Positions 36,583-47,660 of a stretch of DNA of 64,000 nt are shown here, piece by piece. A model generated the notes under the pieces. The model was not told where the DNA came from. It searched no databases and saw only the letters and a list, made by a program, of their open reading frames with translations. The stretch covers positions 115,698 through 179,697 of the forward strand of contig CAJWLU010000006.1 in NCBI GenBank assembly GCA_913043225.1, read 5' to 3'. Source of the DNA: an uncultured Acidobacteriota bacterium (GTDB lineage Bacteria; Acidobacteriota; Vicinamibacteria; Vicinamibacterales; UBA8438). How positions within the stretch are numbered: the first letter of the stretch is position 1; each line of letters begins with the position of its first letter. Both the position numbers and the translations under genes were made by a program.

Positions 36583-38352
36583 GTGGGTAACGCTGCGTAC
36601 GGTCGTATCGCCGTCGGCCTGTGCACGTTGTGTGTCTGGCTCTGCTCGGCCTCGGCGCGCGCGCAGTCTGCTGTACCTGCGGCTGGTACACCGCTCTCTT
36701 ACCGGCAGGAACCGGCGATCCTGTTCGCGAGCCAGACAGACCATATCGAAGTCTCGGTCGAGGTCCTGGGAGACATCGCCGCGGTGACGTTCCGTCGGAA
36801 CGTTCCGACTCTCTCCGGTGGGTTTACGACCGAGCGGTGGGCGCGTCAGACGACCCGCTCCATCGACGGACGTCTTGTCAGCGTGTTCGGCGCCAGTTAC
36901 GAGTCCGAGATTCTAGCGGACCTAATGGTTTATCCGCACGGGAATGACTTTCCCCAAGTGCCCTTGGGACGGCTGGTCGTACCGGGACGGGAGGACGAAC
37001 CTTCGATCGTCTGGCTTCGCGTCGCGCCCTCGAATTTGCCCGAATCGCCGGTGCGCAGGCTGGGTCCTGAGGTGCAGTATGCGAGCCACGTCGTCAACCT
37101 TGTAGTGCCAGGATTCGGCGACACTCGGGTGCTTGAGGGCCTGGAAACCTTTGCCGTTGAGCACGCCGCGGCCGTCTTCTACCAGCACTTCTCGGACGCC
37201 TACGAAACGCTAGCGTTCGTGCCAGTGGTGTCGCCATTCTTGGAGGAAGATGGACTCCATGTGAATGTCTGGAACGACATCACTGGCATCGGCATGGGCC
37301 AGTTCGATCGCAGGGCCGACTTCGGCAGCGGGCTACTAAGGTCCATTCAAGTCTATCCCTCCGGATTCTTCGGGCACCAGGCAACCCTCCTGCATCAGCT
37401 TGGTCATCAATGGGGTGACGAATCGGTGCTGGGTCGCATAGCCGGTGTGACCCTGGCGGGGCGTGACCCTGAACGACACACCCCGTTGATAGACGGCGGA
37501 GCAACGTTGCTGGGCGCCGTGTTGCCCGGGACCCGCGCCGTCGAGTTTCTTGGTGGTATACCGCAGATCGTCCGAGCCGATGGGCCGTTGAGCTATCACC
37601 CGCTGCAGCAGTACCGAATGGGACTGCTAGAGGTCGATGCCGTGCCGGACGTTCGCGTGTTCGCTGAACAATCGCAGTTTGGCGAGAATGTCTCAGCGCC
37701 GGCGGTGGGTACTGCGGTGAAAGGGAGTTGGCAGACCGTCGGGGCGAACGACCTGTTGGCCTCGCTGGGGACACGCGACGGCCCGGTCTTCGAAAGCTGG
37801 CGGCAGGCTTTTGTCGTGGTCTCTGGCCAACTAGTCTCGCAGCGAGAGATGGACTACTTTAATTTCTACGCCCGCCGGGCCGGCACAGCCAGTGGGACAC
37901 GCTCGCTAGACGGGTTCGGGTCGTTCGCAGAGGCAACAGGCGGCGCAATGAGAATTGCCACTGCAGTGCTTCCGCTAACCGACGTGCCGCAGATGCCGGT
38001 TGGAGATGCGGCTGATGTTCCTTTTGGGACAAGGGACTGGCGCGGCCTCGTCTTCGACCGGCCGTTTCCGAGCGTGCTCGACGCCGGCTCGACGGTAGCT
38101 CTAACCGGCAGCCTCGACCAAGATACGTTGCCAGGCAGCTATCGATTCCTGATCCTACGGCTCGGCAGATACGGTGAGCCGACGTCGGACGCGCTCACCG
38201 TACAGACCACGATAAGCGGCGGACGGTTCACCCTCCCGGTTAGCCTTGTCGGTGCACCCGCCGGAGCCTACAGGGTCGAGCTCTTCGTCTACGACGGTGC
38301 GAGAGGTCCGGCGCTCCACGCCGGGTCGTTAACCCCGCTGCGGGTACGGTAG
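36583..38352 (+). CDS. Secreted hypothetical protein with degenerate zincin motif
   Basis: Signal peptide; LLHQLGHQW; YHPLQQYRMGL. Confidence 0.7.
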   Translation: MGNAAYGRIAVGLCTLCVWLCSASARAQSAVPAAGTPLSYRQEPAILFASQTDHIEVSVEVLGDIAAVTFRRNVPTLSGGFTTERWARQTTRSIDGRLVSVFGASYESEILADLMVYPHGNDFPQVPLGRLVVPGREDEPSIVWLRVAPSNLPESPVRRLGPEVQYASHVVNLVVPGFGDTRVLEGLETFAVEHAAAVFYQHFSDAYETLAFVPVVSPFLEEDGLHVNVWNDITGIGMGQFDRRADFGSGLLRSIQVYPSGFFGHQATLLHQLGHQWGDESVLGRIAGVTLAGRDPERHTPLIDGGATLLGAVLPGTRAVEFLGGIPQIVRADGPLSYHPLQQYRMGLLEVDAVPDVRVFAEQSQFGENVSAPAVGTAVKGSWQTVGANDLLASLGTRDGPVFESWRQAFVVVSGQLVSQREMDYFNFYARRAGTASGTRSLDGFGSFAEATGGAMRIATAVLPLTDVPQMPVGDAADVPFGTRDWRGLVFDRPFPSVLDAGSTVALTGSLDQDTLPGSYRFLILRLGRYGEPTSDALTVQTTISGGRFTLPVSLVGAPAGAYRVELFVYDGARGPALHAGSLTPLRVR

Positions 38353-38357
38353 CCCTC

Positions 38358-38990
38358 GTGACCAGCCAGGTCCTGCTGAGCCTTCCTCCGGAGGCGGAGC
38401 AGATCAGACGGGCGGCGGCGGTGGTCTCCGCCGGCGGGCTGGTTGCCTATCCGACCGACACACTTTATGCCTTGGGCGTTGACCCACGACTGGACGAGGC
38501 CGTCGCAAGCCTCTGCGCGATTAAGGAACGTGGCGTCGGAGCCGGACTTCCTTTAATCGCCGCGAGTGTGGGCCAAGTCGAACGGTGTCTGGGGCCTCTC
38601 TCGGCACTGGGACGCAAACTCGCCGCGGTCTGGTGGCCTGGACCTCTGACGCTGGTTTTCGCGCCTACGGTGCAGCTTGCCGATGCAGTTCATGCCTCCG
38701 ACGGCAGCTTGGCGGTTCGCGTACCGGCGAGGATGGTGGCGCGTATGCTCGCGGCTGAAGCCGGTCACCCGTTGACCTCGACCAGCGCGAATCGCAGCGG
38801 CGCAACACCTGCGCCTGATGCCGAAACGCTGCGATCTGAACTCGGTCCAGCGGTTCAGTTCGTGCTCGAGGGTCAGAGGGCGCTTGAGGGCGTACCGTCG
38901 ACGATCGTTGATGTACGCCAAGAGGCCCCGAGGCTCCTGCGAGCGGGCTCAGTGCCATGGAAGCACGTGCTACAATCCACCCGTGTTTGA
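38358..38990 (+). CDS. tsaC: L-threonylcarbamoyladenylate synthase (TsaC/Sua5/YrdC)
   Basis: YPTDTLYAL, WPGPLTLV, AVRVP, TSANRSG, PSTIVD. Confidence 0.93.
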   Translation: MTSQVLLSLPPEAEQIRRAAAVVSAGGLVAYPTDTLYALGVDPRLDEAVASLCAIKERGVGAGLPLIAASVGQVERCLGPLSALGRKLAAVWWPGPLTLVFAPTVQLADAVHASDGSLAVRVPARMVARMLAAEAGHPLTSTSANRSGATPAPDAETLRSELGPAVQFVLEGQRALEGVPSTIVDVRQEAPRLLRAGSVPWKHVLQSTRV

Positions 38991-39069
38991 GGGCGGCGGA
39001 GAACCTGGCAACGGGGCGTCAGCGGACGCCGCAGGCCTCGCCCTCCCTTCATTTCAGCCAGATAGTGTC

Positions 39070-40419
39070 GTGCTCAGAGGCCGCCCCCTCGTCTGGCGGC
39101 ACGTGCTCGCTGCGGTGTGTGCGGCGGCGGTGTTCGTTGTCGGATGTGCCGCCCGGGCGCCCGTGATCACGGCTCCCAGCTTCCCAGACTTCCCCTTTCC
39201 CACGGTGCCGGAGCAACTGGCTGGGTCCCCGGAGGCGGGGGCGCATGAGCGTGCCTGGGCACTATTGCAAGCAGGGGATCTTGATGCCGCAATGACCGCC
39301 TTCCGGGCGGTGCTGGCGTCGACTCCGCAGTTTCATCCGGCTGACGCTGGCGTTGGTTATGTGAGTCTGGCTGCGGGCGCGGCGGATGAAGCCGTGGGCA
39401 GTTTCGACCGGGCACTCGCTCGAAACGGAGCCTACATTCCAGCCTTGCTCGGCCGGGGAGAAGCCCTCCTCGCGGTGGGCCGGACCGAGGAAGCGATACA
39501 GAGTTTCGAGGAGGTGCTGGCGGCCGATCCCACGTGGACGGACTTGCGCCCCAGGGTGGCGGAACTCCGCTTCGTTTCGCTTATGGCCCAGGTGGGCGAA
39601 GCTCGGACGGCGGCGGAGGCCGGGCGTGACGCCGAAGCGCGCGCTGCGTATGAGCGGGTAATTGCGGCGTCTCCCGACAGTGGGTTTCTGTACACCGAAC
39701 TGGCGGAAATTGAGCGACGGACGGGCGATCGAGCGTCGGCGTTGTCGCGGCTCGAACAAGCGGTGAGTCTCGACCCGACGGCCGTTGGCGCCTGGCTGCT
39801 AATGGCCGATGTCCTGCTCGAAGAGGGGGCGCTGGATCAGGCCGAGAGCGCGCTGCTCCGTGCCGACGCGGTCGAACCAGGGCCCGAGGTAGATCGTCGG
39901 CTCGCAACGGTCGAAGAGCGCCGACGGCTGGAATCATTGCCGGTTGAGTTCCGGGCGATTGTCGACGCGGAGCAGTTGTCCCGGGGGGAACTGGCGGCCT
40001 TGATCGGTGAGCGCTTCCGAGTCGAGCTTGAGGCGGCTGGCACCGGTCCCACGGCAATCATTACCGATGCCCGCGATCACTGGGCTTACGGATGGGTAAT
40101 TTCGGTGGTCCAGGCACGGGTCATGGAGGCGGACACGAACTACCGTTTCCTGCCGGCGCAGCCGGTGAGCCGTGCGGTCCTGGCGGACGTCATCATGCGG
40201 CTCCTATCGCTCACCGAGACTGCCAGCGGCAACGTTCCGCCCCGCGCTAGCTTTTCGGATTTGGCCCCAGACCATTTGAGCTACCCCGCGGCGGCAGGCG
40301 CTGTGGCGGCAGGCGTGCTCGAGCCATTGGCGCGGAACAGCTTCCAACCCGCAAGGACCGTGAGCGGCGCAGAAGCGATCCAGGCGTTGAGTCGCCTGAC
40401 CGCCATACTCGACAACTGA
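39070..40419 (+). CDS. TPR lipoprotein with C-terminal SLH-like repeats
   Basis: Lipobox VVGC; multiple TPR-like helices; TDARDHWAY, FSDLAPDH...FQPARTVSGAE. Start uncertain. Confidence 0.8.
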   Translation: MLRGRPLVWRHVLAAVCAAAVFVVGCAARAPVITAPSFPDFPFPTVPEQLAGSPEAGAHERAWALLQAGDLDAAMTAFRAVLASTPQFHPADAGVGYVSLAAGAADEAVGSFDRALARNGAYIPALLGRGEALLAVGRTEEAIQSFEEVLAADPTWTDLRPRVAELRFVSLMAQVGEARTAAEAGRDAEARAAYERVIAASPDSGFLYTELAEIERRTGDRASALSRLEQAVSLDPTAVGAWLLMADVLLEEGALDQAESALLRADAVEPGPEVDRRLATVEERRRLESLPVEFRAIVDAEQLSRGELAALIGERFRVELEAAGTGPTAIITDARDHWAYGWVISVVQARVMEADTNYRFLPAQPVSRAVLADVIMRLLSLTETASGNVPPRASFSDLAPDHLSYPAAAGAVAAGVLEPLARNSFQPARTVSGAEAIQALSRLTAILDN

Positions 40420-40428
40420 ACCTCTAAG

Positions 40429-40986
40429 ATGTCGGCCCTCACCGTCGCCAATCAGCTCACGCTCCTACGGATGCTGCTGATTCCGGCCCTGGTCATTTTG
40501 GTGCTGTACGGAATCAATGGCTGGGCACTAGTGGTATTCGTGATCGCGGGGATCACCGACGGGCTCGATGGGATGCTTGCTCGCTGGTGGGGGCAACGGA
40601 CTAGCCTTGGGGCACTGCTGGATCCCATGGCGGACAAGCTGCTGGTATTGTCCACCTTTATAGTGCTCAGCCTGCCGGAACTTGACCTGCCAAACCAGTT
40701 TCCGGTCTGGCTGACCGTGTTGGTGATCAGCCGAGACGTCATCATCGTGGCCACGGCGGCCATCGTGCACTTCTCGGTCGGGCGCCGGACGTTCACTCCG
40801 ACGCTTCTCGGAAAGGCGGCAACGCTCGTGCATATCCTTAGCGCGACAATCGCTCTTTTCCTGAACTGGCGGGGACACACGTCGGTAGTCTTCGACATCG
40901 CGATCTACGCGACGTTGACGGTCACCCTTGTGTCTGGGCTGCACTACATCGCTCACGCGACACGTACGCTGGGGGAAGCGGGCTGA
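40429..40986 (+). CDS. CDP-alcohol phosphatidyltransferase
   Basis: ANQLTLLR, TDGLDGMLAR...GALLDPMADK. Confidence 0.93.
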   Translation: MSALTVANQLTLLRMLLIPALVILVLYGINGWALVVFVIAGITDGLDGMLARWWGQRTSLGALLDPMADKLLVLSTFIVLSLPELDLPNQFPVWLTVLVISRDVIIVATAAIVHFSVGRRTFTPTLLGKAATLVHILSATIALFLNWRGHTSVVFDIAIYATLTVTLVSGLHYIAHATRTLGEAG

Positions 40987-41027
40987 CGGGGAATCATTCA
41001 GTCGGATCGTCAGCGTGACGGGGAACA

Positions 41028-41969
41028 TCAAGCCGAGAACAGCTTCGTGCGGAAGTAGTTGATCGTGTGGAGCAGCCCGTCGCTTAACGGGACCACTGGG
41101 CTCCAGCCGAGCACCGCTTGGGCGCGGGCAATGTCCGGCTGCCGCACCTTGGGATCGTCTTCCGGGAGATCGCGATGGACGATTCGGCTGGAAGAGCCGG
41201 TGAGGTGGAGAATCTCCTGGGCGATCTCCGAGATGGTCATCTCTTCCGGATTTCCGATATTAATCGGGTCGTTGGTATCTGACTCCATCAGGCCAATGAT
41301 GCCTGCGACCAGGTCGCTGATGTAGCAGAAGCTTCGCGTCTGGCTGCCATCACCGTAGACCGTCAGCTCTTCACCGCGGAGCGCCTGGGCAATGAAGTTC
41401 GGCACAGCTCGGCCATCCCGGACACGCATGCGTGGTCCGTAGGTGTTGAAGATTCGAACGATCTTAGTGTTCAGTCCGTGGTATCGGTGGTACGCGGTAG
41501 TCATGGCCTCCGCGAACCGCTTCGCCTCGTCATACACGCCGCGGGGACCGATCGGGTTCACGTTGCCCCAGTAGCTCTCCTTCTGCGGATGCTCCAGGGG
41601 GTCGCCGTAGACCTCAGAGGTCGACGCGAGGACGAACGTGGCACCCTTGGCCTTAGCGAGACCCAGCGCCTTGTGGGTGCCTAGTGCACCCACCTTAAGG
41701 GTAGGGATCGGCAGTTCAAGATAGTCGATCGGGCTCGCCGGGCTGGCCCAGTGAAGCACGTAGTCGACAGGACCATTCAGATAGATATAGTTGGTGACGT
41801 CGTGCTCGATGAAATGAAAGTCACGGTTCGCGAGATGGGCGAGATTGGCAACGTCGCCGGTAAGCAGGTTGTCGATCCCGACCACGGAGTAACCTCGCTT
41901 TAGGAGCGTTTCGGCCAAGTGTGAGCCGATGAAACCGGCGGCTCCGGTGATGACGATGCGTGCGCTCAT
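41028..41969 (-). CDS. UDP-glucuronate decarboxylase family SDR
   Basis: [39 protein letters not shown]. Confidence 0.93.
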   Translation of the reverse strand: MSARIVITGAAGFIGSHLAETLLKRGYSVVGIDNLLTGDVANLAHLANRDFHFIEHDVTNYIYLNGPVDYVLHWASPASPIDYLELPIPTLKVGALGTHKALGLAKAKGATFVLASTSEVYGDPLEHPQKESYWGNVNPIGPRGVYDEAKRFAEAMTTAYHRYHGLNTKIVRIFNTYGPRMRVRDGRAVPNFIAQALRGEELTVYGDGSQTRSFCYISDLVAGIIGLMESDTNDPINIGNPEEMTISEIAQEILHLTGSSSRIVHRDLPEDDPKVRQPDIARAQAVLGWSPVVPLSDGLLHTINYFRTKLFSA

Positions 41970-42005
41970 GGCGAAAGAGAGAGGGTGCCGGCGGAGAGGC
42001 AGGCG

Positions 42006-43442
42006 TCAGTAAGCGTGCCGGTGGAAGAAGAGGCGAAGCACGGTTAGCCAGAGGATCTTGAAGTCCAGGCCCACGGACCAGTGCTCAATGTAATAGAGAT
42101 CGTATTCGATCCGCTTTTCGATGGATGTATCGCCACGCCAGCCATTAACCTGCGCCCAGCCGGTTATGCCGGATTTCACCTTATGGCGAAGCATGTACTG
42201 CGGGACTCGTTCCTTGAACTTTTCGACGAAGAACGGACGCTCCGGACGGGGTCCCACTAGTGACATGTCTCCACGGAGAACGTTCCATAGCTGTGGTAAC
42301 TCGTCAAGGCTGAATCGCCGGAGCACGCGGCCAACCGAGGTGCGGCGAGGATCGTCTTTTCTGGTCCAGACCGGCCCGGTGTCGCGCTCCGCGTCTTCGA
42401 GCATTGACCGAAACTTATAGACACTGAACGAGCGTCCGTCGAGACCCATGCGCTCCTGACGATAGAACACCGGGCCGGTCGAGGTGGCCTTGATGAGGGT
42501 GGCGATCAGTGCGAATGGGCCGGCCAGTCCGACCAGGGCGACGGCGGCAATACCCATGTCCATGACGCGTTTGACGACGCTGTTGAGGCCCTGGAGGGGG
42601 ACGTCGTTGATGTTAATGATGGGAACCCCGTCGAGGTCCTCGAGCCGGGCGCGCAGGGCGATAACCTGAAGCAGATCCGGCACCACCTTCACTTCGGTAA
42701 CCTCTCGGTTTGCGGTCTCGATCAGCTCGAGCATCTTGGCGTGCTCATCGAGCGGGAGCGCGATGTAGAGCTGGTCGACGTGTTCCCGCTGGAGAATATC
42801 GCCGACTTCCGACAAGGTGCCCAGCAGCGGGAGACCTCGGTAGCCGAGGTGGTCACCGCCTGCGCGGTCGTCGACGAACCCGATCACACGATAGCCGAGT
42901 TCGCCGTGCTGGAGCATCTTATCGACGACGTGGCGGGCCACGTCGCTCGTGCCGGCGATGAGAATCCGTTTAAGGCCGACGCCGCTGCGCCAGCGACTCT
43001 CGAGCACCACCCGCACGGCAGCCCGAGATGCGTAACAGCCGATGACGTTTAGTCCGAGAAATAGCCCCCAGACGAGACGAGAGACCTCATAGGCACCCTG
43101 CGCCTTAAGCTCGGGCGGGACGAGATAGGCCTGATAGGACAGGGTGCCGGTCAGACCGAGCACGACCGCGATCAAGCTGCCGACGAGAACCGCGAAGAAG
43201 TCGTCGACCCGGGAACGAACCCGCCCCAGCCGATAGGCCCCGAGCATCCAGAGGCTCAGCGGCAACAAAGCGCCAAGAAACGGCGCCAATTGGACGTACT
43301 GTGACAGTGGGGGTTGACCCTTCGGGATGTCGATTAGGTTGGTTTCGAAGCGCAGTAAGTATGCGACCAGGAACATGCCGACGCCAGTAAGGCTGTCTAG
43401 CACCGCCTGGTTTGCCGTCAGTTTCCGGTCTCTCCGGATCAC
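42006..43442 (-). CDS. Undecaprenyl-phosphate glucose phosphotransferase (WcaJ-like priming GT)
   Basis: N-terminal TMs; KFRSM, LDELPQL, SLVGPRPER, GITGWAQVNG. Confidence 0.93.
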   Translation of the reverse strand: MIRRDRKLTANQAVLDSLTGVGMFLVAYLLRFETNLIDIPKGQPPLSQYVQLAPFLGALLPLSLWMLGAYRLGRVRSRVDDFFAVLVGSLIAVVLGLTGTLSYQAYLVPPELKAQGAYEVSRLVWGLFLGLNVIGCYASRAAVRVVLESRWRSGVGLKRILIAGTSDVARHVVDKMLQHGELGYRVIGFVDDRAGGDHLGYRGLPLLGTLSEVGDILQREHVDQLYIALPLDEHAKMLELIETANREVTEVKVVPDLLQVIALRARLEDLDGVPIININDVPLQGLNSVVKRVMDMGIAAVALVGLAGPFALIATLIKATSTGPVFYRQERMGLDGRSFSVYKFRSMLEDAERDTGPVWTRKDDPRRTSVGRVLRRFSLDELPQLWNVLRGDMSLVGPRPERPFFVEKFKERVPQYMLRHKVKSGITGWAQVNGWRGDTSIEKRIEYDLYYIEHWSVGLDFKILWLTVLRLFFHRHAY

Positions 43443-44584
43443 GCCCCGACCTCGATCGGCTGCGCCATGAGCGACGCGACTTCCCGCTGAAGGCCTTCCT
43501 GGAACCGCGCGCGAGAGAAACGCTCGGCGTGACGTCGAATCGCAGCCGTGTCGAACCGCCGTCCGCGCACCCGGTTGATCCCATCGGCTAAGGCCTCCGC
43601 CGTCATCTCATCGGCCAGGGCGCCCGTCTCGCCGTCCACGACGGTTTCGCAGGCTCCGCCCTGGCCGAGCGCAACGACGGGCCGGCCGCAGGCCTGGGCC
43701 TCGACCGGCACGATGCCGAAGTCCTCGATGCCCGGGAGCAGTACTGCGGTGGCGCCTTGATAGGCGGAGCGCACCTCCGCGTCCGGCAACGAGCCGAGAA
43801 ACCTTACGTCTGCGCCGGCATCGCTTCGTAGCCGAGTCAGCTCCGGGCCGGTGCCGACGATACGGAGGGGCATCCCGACCGCCGCGGCTGCGGCGATCGC
43901 TAAATCAACTCGTTTGTAGGGAACCAGCGCGGACACTACCAGGAGATACCCCTCGGGTTCGGCACCACTAGGCTGAAAATATGCGGTGTCGACAGGTGGA
44001 TACACGACACTCGAAGTCCGATTATAGTATCGGCGGATCCTCCCAGAAACATACTGAGAAATAGCTACATAGCGGTCGACCCTGCTTGCCGTCGCGGCGT
44101 CCCAGCGAGCCAAGCGGTTGAGTTGCCAGCGAAGAAGATGGCTGGTGCCCGTCCCGACACGTTCGGGACCGAAGTAGGCGTCGAACTGATCCCAGGCATA
44201 GCGCATCGGGGTAAAGCAGTAGCAGAGATGGCGAGTTCGCCCGGGCGTGACCACCGATTTGGCCGCGCAGTGGCTGGTGCTGATGACGAGGTCCACGTCG
44301 TCGAGGTCGAATTGCTCGATGGCGGTAGGAAAGAGGGGGAGCAGCGAGCGGTAGTAGTGCCTCCCCCCAGGGAAACGTTGGAGGAAGGACGTGCGTACTC
44401 CTCGTCCGGTGATTGCTGAAGACGCCGACCCACTCACGTGGAGCAGTGCGAAGCGCTCAGCCTCCGGGTAGAGCTCACAGATCGCCTCGAGCGCGCGCTC
44501 GCCTCCGCGCATCCCTGTAAGCCAGTCATGGACCAAGGCTACCCGCGAGTCCGGCGGGCCGGGCGAGGACGACGGAGGCGTCAT
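43439..44584 (-). CDS. GT4 glycosyltransferase
   Basis: VHDWLTGMRGGE, EDFGIVPVEAQACG. Confidence 0.92.
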   Translation of the reverse strand: MTPPSSSPGPPDSRVALVHDWLTGMRGGERALEAICELYPEAERFALLHVSGSASSAITGRGVRTSFLQRFPGGRHYYRSLLPLFPTAIEQFDLDDVDLVISTSHCAAKSVVTPGRTRHLCYCFTPMRYAWDQFDAYFGPERVGTGTSHLLRWQLNRLARWDAATASRVDRYVAISQYVSGRIRRYYNRTSSVVYPPVDTAYFQPSGAEPEGYLLVVSALVPYKRVDLAIAAAAAVGMPLRIVGTGPELTRLRSDAGADVRFLGSLPDAEVRSAYQGATAVLLPGIEDFGIVPVEAQACGRPVVALGQGGACETVVDGETGALADEMTAEALADGINRVRGRRFDTAAIRRHAERFSRARFQEGLQREVASLMAQPIEVGA

Positions 44585-45696
44585 GCAGCGCCCCCGACCT
44601 CACGGTAGATGGCCATTACACGACGGACCGAGGCCTCCCACGAGAAGTGGCTGGCGCGTTTGCGTCCTCGAGCGATCAGCCGGGCCCGGACATCTTCGTC
44701 GGACAGAATCTGCGCCATGCCGTCAGCAATGGCCTGCGGATCGTATGGGTCGATCAGTAGGGCTGCATCGTCGACCACCTCTGGAAGGGACGAGACGTTA
44801 GAGGTGAGCACCGGCGTGCCCGACGCCATCGCCTCGAGAGGAGGAAGGCCAAAGCCCTCGTAGAGCGACGGAAAGACGAACGCGTCGGCCAGGTGGTAGA
44901 GCGAGGCGAGGGTCTCCGAGCTCTGGAATCCGAGGAAACGCACATATTTGTGCAGATTGAAGCGATGAACCGCTCGACGGAGTCCTGCGTACCGCGAGAC
45001 CTCCGAGCCTGTGATGAGGAGCTGGATGTCCCCGAATCCTTCGCTTCGCAAGCGAGCAAACGCGTCGATGAGTCGCTCCAGGTTCTTGTGGGGTTTGATA
45101 TTGCCGGAGTAGAGGAGGAAGCGGCCTTGCAACTGGTACCGCTCCCGCACTCGATCCATCTGTCCAGTGTTCGCGGGCTTGCTGAAGCGAGAATCGATCG
45201 CGTTGTAGGTAACGTCCACCTTGTTGTCTGGGATGGGAAAGAACCGAAGAATGTCCCGTTTCGATGCCTGGGATACCGTCAGGATGCGCGCCGAGCGGTT
45301 TGCTGCTAGCCAGAAGAAGAATCGAGCATACAGATGCGCCAGCCGTCCGGGCAGATACTGCGGGAACATCAAGTGAATGCAGTCATGAATAGTGACGATG
45401 CTGCGGCATGGGGTCAGAGCCGGCAGAACGTAGTGCGGCGAATGAAACAGGTCGGCCTTTACTCGAGCTAACGCTAGAGGAACAGTCAGCTGCTCGGAAA
45501 GAGAATAGCTGGCTGAAGGGTCGGGGACGGGTCTGAAGTTAGGACCGAGCTGTTCAAGCGATTCGCAGTCGCGACGCTGGCAGAGGAGTACAAACTCCAT
45601 ATCGCCGTCCAGGCGAGACAGCGAGTGCACCAGGTTTCGAACGTAGGTGCCGATTCCGAAATCGTGAAGCTTTCTTACGTCTATGGCGATCCGCAT
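44581..45696 (-). CDS. GT4 glycosyltransferase
   Basis: [25 protein letters not shown]. Confidence 0.93.
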   Translation of the reverse strand: MRIAIDVRKLHDFGIGTYVRNLVHSLSRLDGDMEFVLLCQRRDCESLEQLGPNFRPVPDPSASYSLSEQLTVPLALARVKADLFHSPHYVLPALTPCRSIVTIHDCIHLMFPQYLPGRLAHLYARFFFWLAANRSARILTVSQASKRDILRFFPIPDNKVDVTYNAIDSRFSKPANTGQMDRVRERYQLQGRFLLYSGNIKPHKNLERLIDAFARLRSEGFGDIQLLITGSEVSRYAGLRRAVHRFNLHKYVRFLGFQSSETLASLYHLADAFVFPSLYEGFGLPPLEAMASGTPVLTSNVSSLPEVVDDAALLIDPYDPQAIADGMAQILSDEDVRARLIARGRKRASHFSWEASVRRVMAIYREVGGAA

Positions 45697-45723
45697 CGCT
45701 CTGGAGAATTGTACCTCTCCGGC

Positions 45724-46560
45724 TCAGAACCCGCTCTCCTGAGGTGGCGGAAGCTGACCGCGGAGCCACAGGTATAGGCGCAACAAGATGTGGTAGCGGG
45801 GATGGTGTTTGGCGTAGAACGCAAGGTGACTCCGCCGATACGCCTGCTGGGCTCTTTCAGGGTTATGCTGGCGGGCACGGCCCCGTCGATGCCGGATCTC
45901 GATCTCAGGTGCAAAGACGACGCGGCGGCCCCGGGCACGAATCGACGCGCAAAGGTCAACGTCTTCGGTATACAGAAAGAAGCGCTCGTCAAGCCCGCCT
46001 ACCGCGTCGAGCGCGGCGCGTGAGACCAGCAGACAGGCGCCGCTGACCCAGTCGACGTAACGCCGCCTAGCGGCTTGCCGGCGGGCGAGCCAGGAGAACG
46101 GTGCCAGGCGCCGGGCGTGCCCGGCGACGAGGAGCTTCTGCCATAGCTCGGCGAGCGGGGTGAGCATCGCGCCAAACGAGATTTCCAGCTGTCCCTCGTC
46201 GTCGACTAGCCTCGGCCCGACCACTGCCGACGCCGAGTCCTGCTTGAGCACGGCGACAAGCCGGTCAACCGCACCGGCATGCACCGCCGTATCAGGGTTC
46301 AAGAGCAGAACAAGTGAGCTGTCGGTTTGGGTGAGTCCGCGGTTGACCGCGCTGGCGAACCCTAGGTTTGCCTCAGCCTCGACGAGGGCAACCTCGGGCC
46401 AGGTGTTCCGAATCAGCTGGGCACTTCCATCCGATGAGGCGTTGTCGACCACGAGGATCTCGTGGGAGACAGCCGGGGGGGTGGCCGTCAAAGAGGAAAG
46501 GCAGGCATGAAGGTCTGCCTTGGTATTGTAGCTGACGATGATGATGGCCAGGTCGCTCAT
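45724..46560 (-). CDS. GT2 glycosyltransferase
   Basis: IVSYN, VVDNASSDGS, LLNPD, SGACLL, YTEDVD. Confidence 0.92.
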   Translation of the reverse strand: MSDLAIIIVSYNTKADLHACLSSLTATPPAVSHEILVVDNASSDGSAQLIRNTWPEVALVEAEANLGFASAVNRGLTQTDSSLVLLLNPDTAVHAGAVDRLVAVLKQDSASAVVGPRLVDDEGQLEISFGAMLTPLAELWQKLLVAGHARRLAPFSWLARRQAARRRYVDWVSGACLLVSRAALDAVGGLDERFFLYTEDVDLCASIRARGRRVVFAPEIEIRHRRGRARQHNPERAQQAYRRSHLAFYAKHHPRYHILLRLYLWLRGQLPPPQESGF

Positions 46561-47660
46561 TGCCGGCCAGCCTTCTGTAGAACCTCCAGAGTCTCAGCGG
46601 CTGCCCGGTGCCACGTGAAGAGCGGGAGCCGTGCGGCGGCGGCGCGTAGAGCGCGCTGCCGCGCCTCCTCATCGTGCAGGAGCGTCAGGAGCGCCGCGCC
46701 GACGGCGTCCTGATCGTTTACGGGAACACGCCAGGCAGCATCACCATACAACTCGCGGGCCACGGGCGTGTCGCCGACCACCACCGGGACGCCGGCCGCC
46801 ATTGCCTCAAGCGGGGGAAGCCCGAAGCCCTCGTACTCGGAGAGAAACACGAAGACGCTGGCTCGCTGGTAGAGGCTCTGGAGCTGCGCCTCGTCGATGT
46901 AGTCGCATACCCGCACGCGACTTCCTACGCCCGCGCGCTCGGCGAGAATGACGGGGTTCTCTGGAGGGTGAGTGCGATTGGCTCCCACCAGAACCAGCTC
47001 AGCGGAGGGCTGCCTGTCTGCAATGCTGGCGAACCCAGAAATGAGCGCGGGGATGTGGCGCCGGTTGAAGATGGACCCGACGAATAGGACCAGTGGCGCC
47101 CGGATGCTGTCACGGTTCACAGCGCGCACGTTCACGCCTGACCACACTACACGCACCCGGTCCGCGGGAGTTCGGTAGTGGGACACAAGCTCGTCGCGGG
47201 TGAAGCCCGACACGCAAATAATTCGGGTGGCGACGGCGGCGGAGAGTTGGGTTAGCCAGCGCCGACGTAGCCCCTCGCGCCAACCGAACCATTCAGGATG
47301 ACTTTCGAAGCTTATGTCATGCACCGTCAGCACGACAGGCATCGGTACTCGAAGCGGAGCGGTATAGCCAGGGGCAAAGAGAACGTCTGGTTGATCGAGC
47401 CGTAGGGCGCGGGCGAAATCGCGCTGCTCCCACCAGACGTCACCAGAGCCGAGGACCGGACGATAGGAAAAAGGACCCCGGTCGCGGTCGAATGGGTCAC
47501 CGAGGATTTCAGGGGTGTCGCCGGGGACATGGGCGTAGAGCTCGAACCGATAAGGCGCGTCAGCCGGTAGGGTCGCCCACTGAGCACAAAGTTCGGCTAG
47601 GTAGCGGCCAACCCCCGTGCGTTGGCCGAGGAGCTCGCGCGCGTCAACTGCGATCCGCAT
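46557..47660 (-). CDS. GT4 glycosyltransferase
   Basis: [25 protein letters not shown]. Confidence 0.92.
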   Translation of the reverse strand: MRIAVDARELLGQRTGVGRYLAELCAQWATLPADAPYRFELYAHVPGDTPEILGDPFDRDRGPFSYRPVLGSGDVWWEQRDFARALRLDQPDVLFAPGYTAPLRVPMPVVLTVHDISFESHPEWFGWREGLRRRWLTQLSAAVATRIICVSGFTRDELVSHYRTPADRVRVVWSGVNVRAVNRDSIRAPLVLFVGSIFNRRHIPALISGFASIADRQPSAELVLVGANRTHPPENPVILAERAGVGSRVRVCDYIDEAQLQSLYQRASVFVFLSEYEGFGLPPLEAMAAGVPVVVGDTPVARELYGDAAWRVPVNDQDAVGAALLTLLHDEEARQRALRAAAARLPLFTWHRAAAETLEVLQKAGRQ

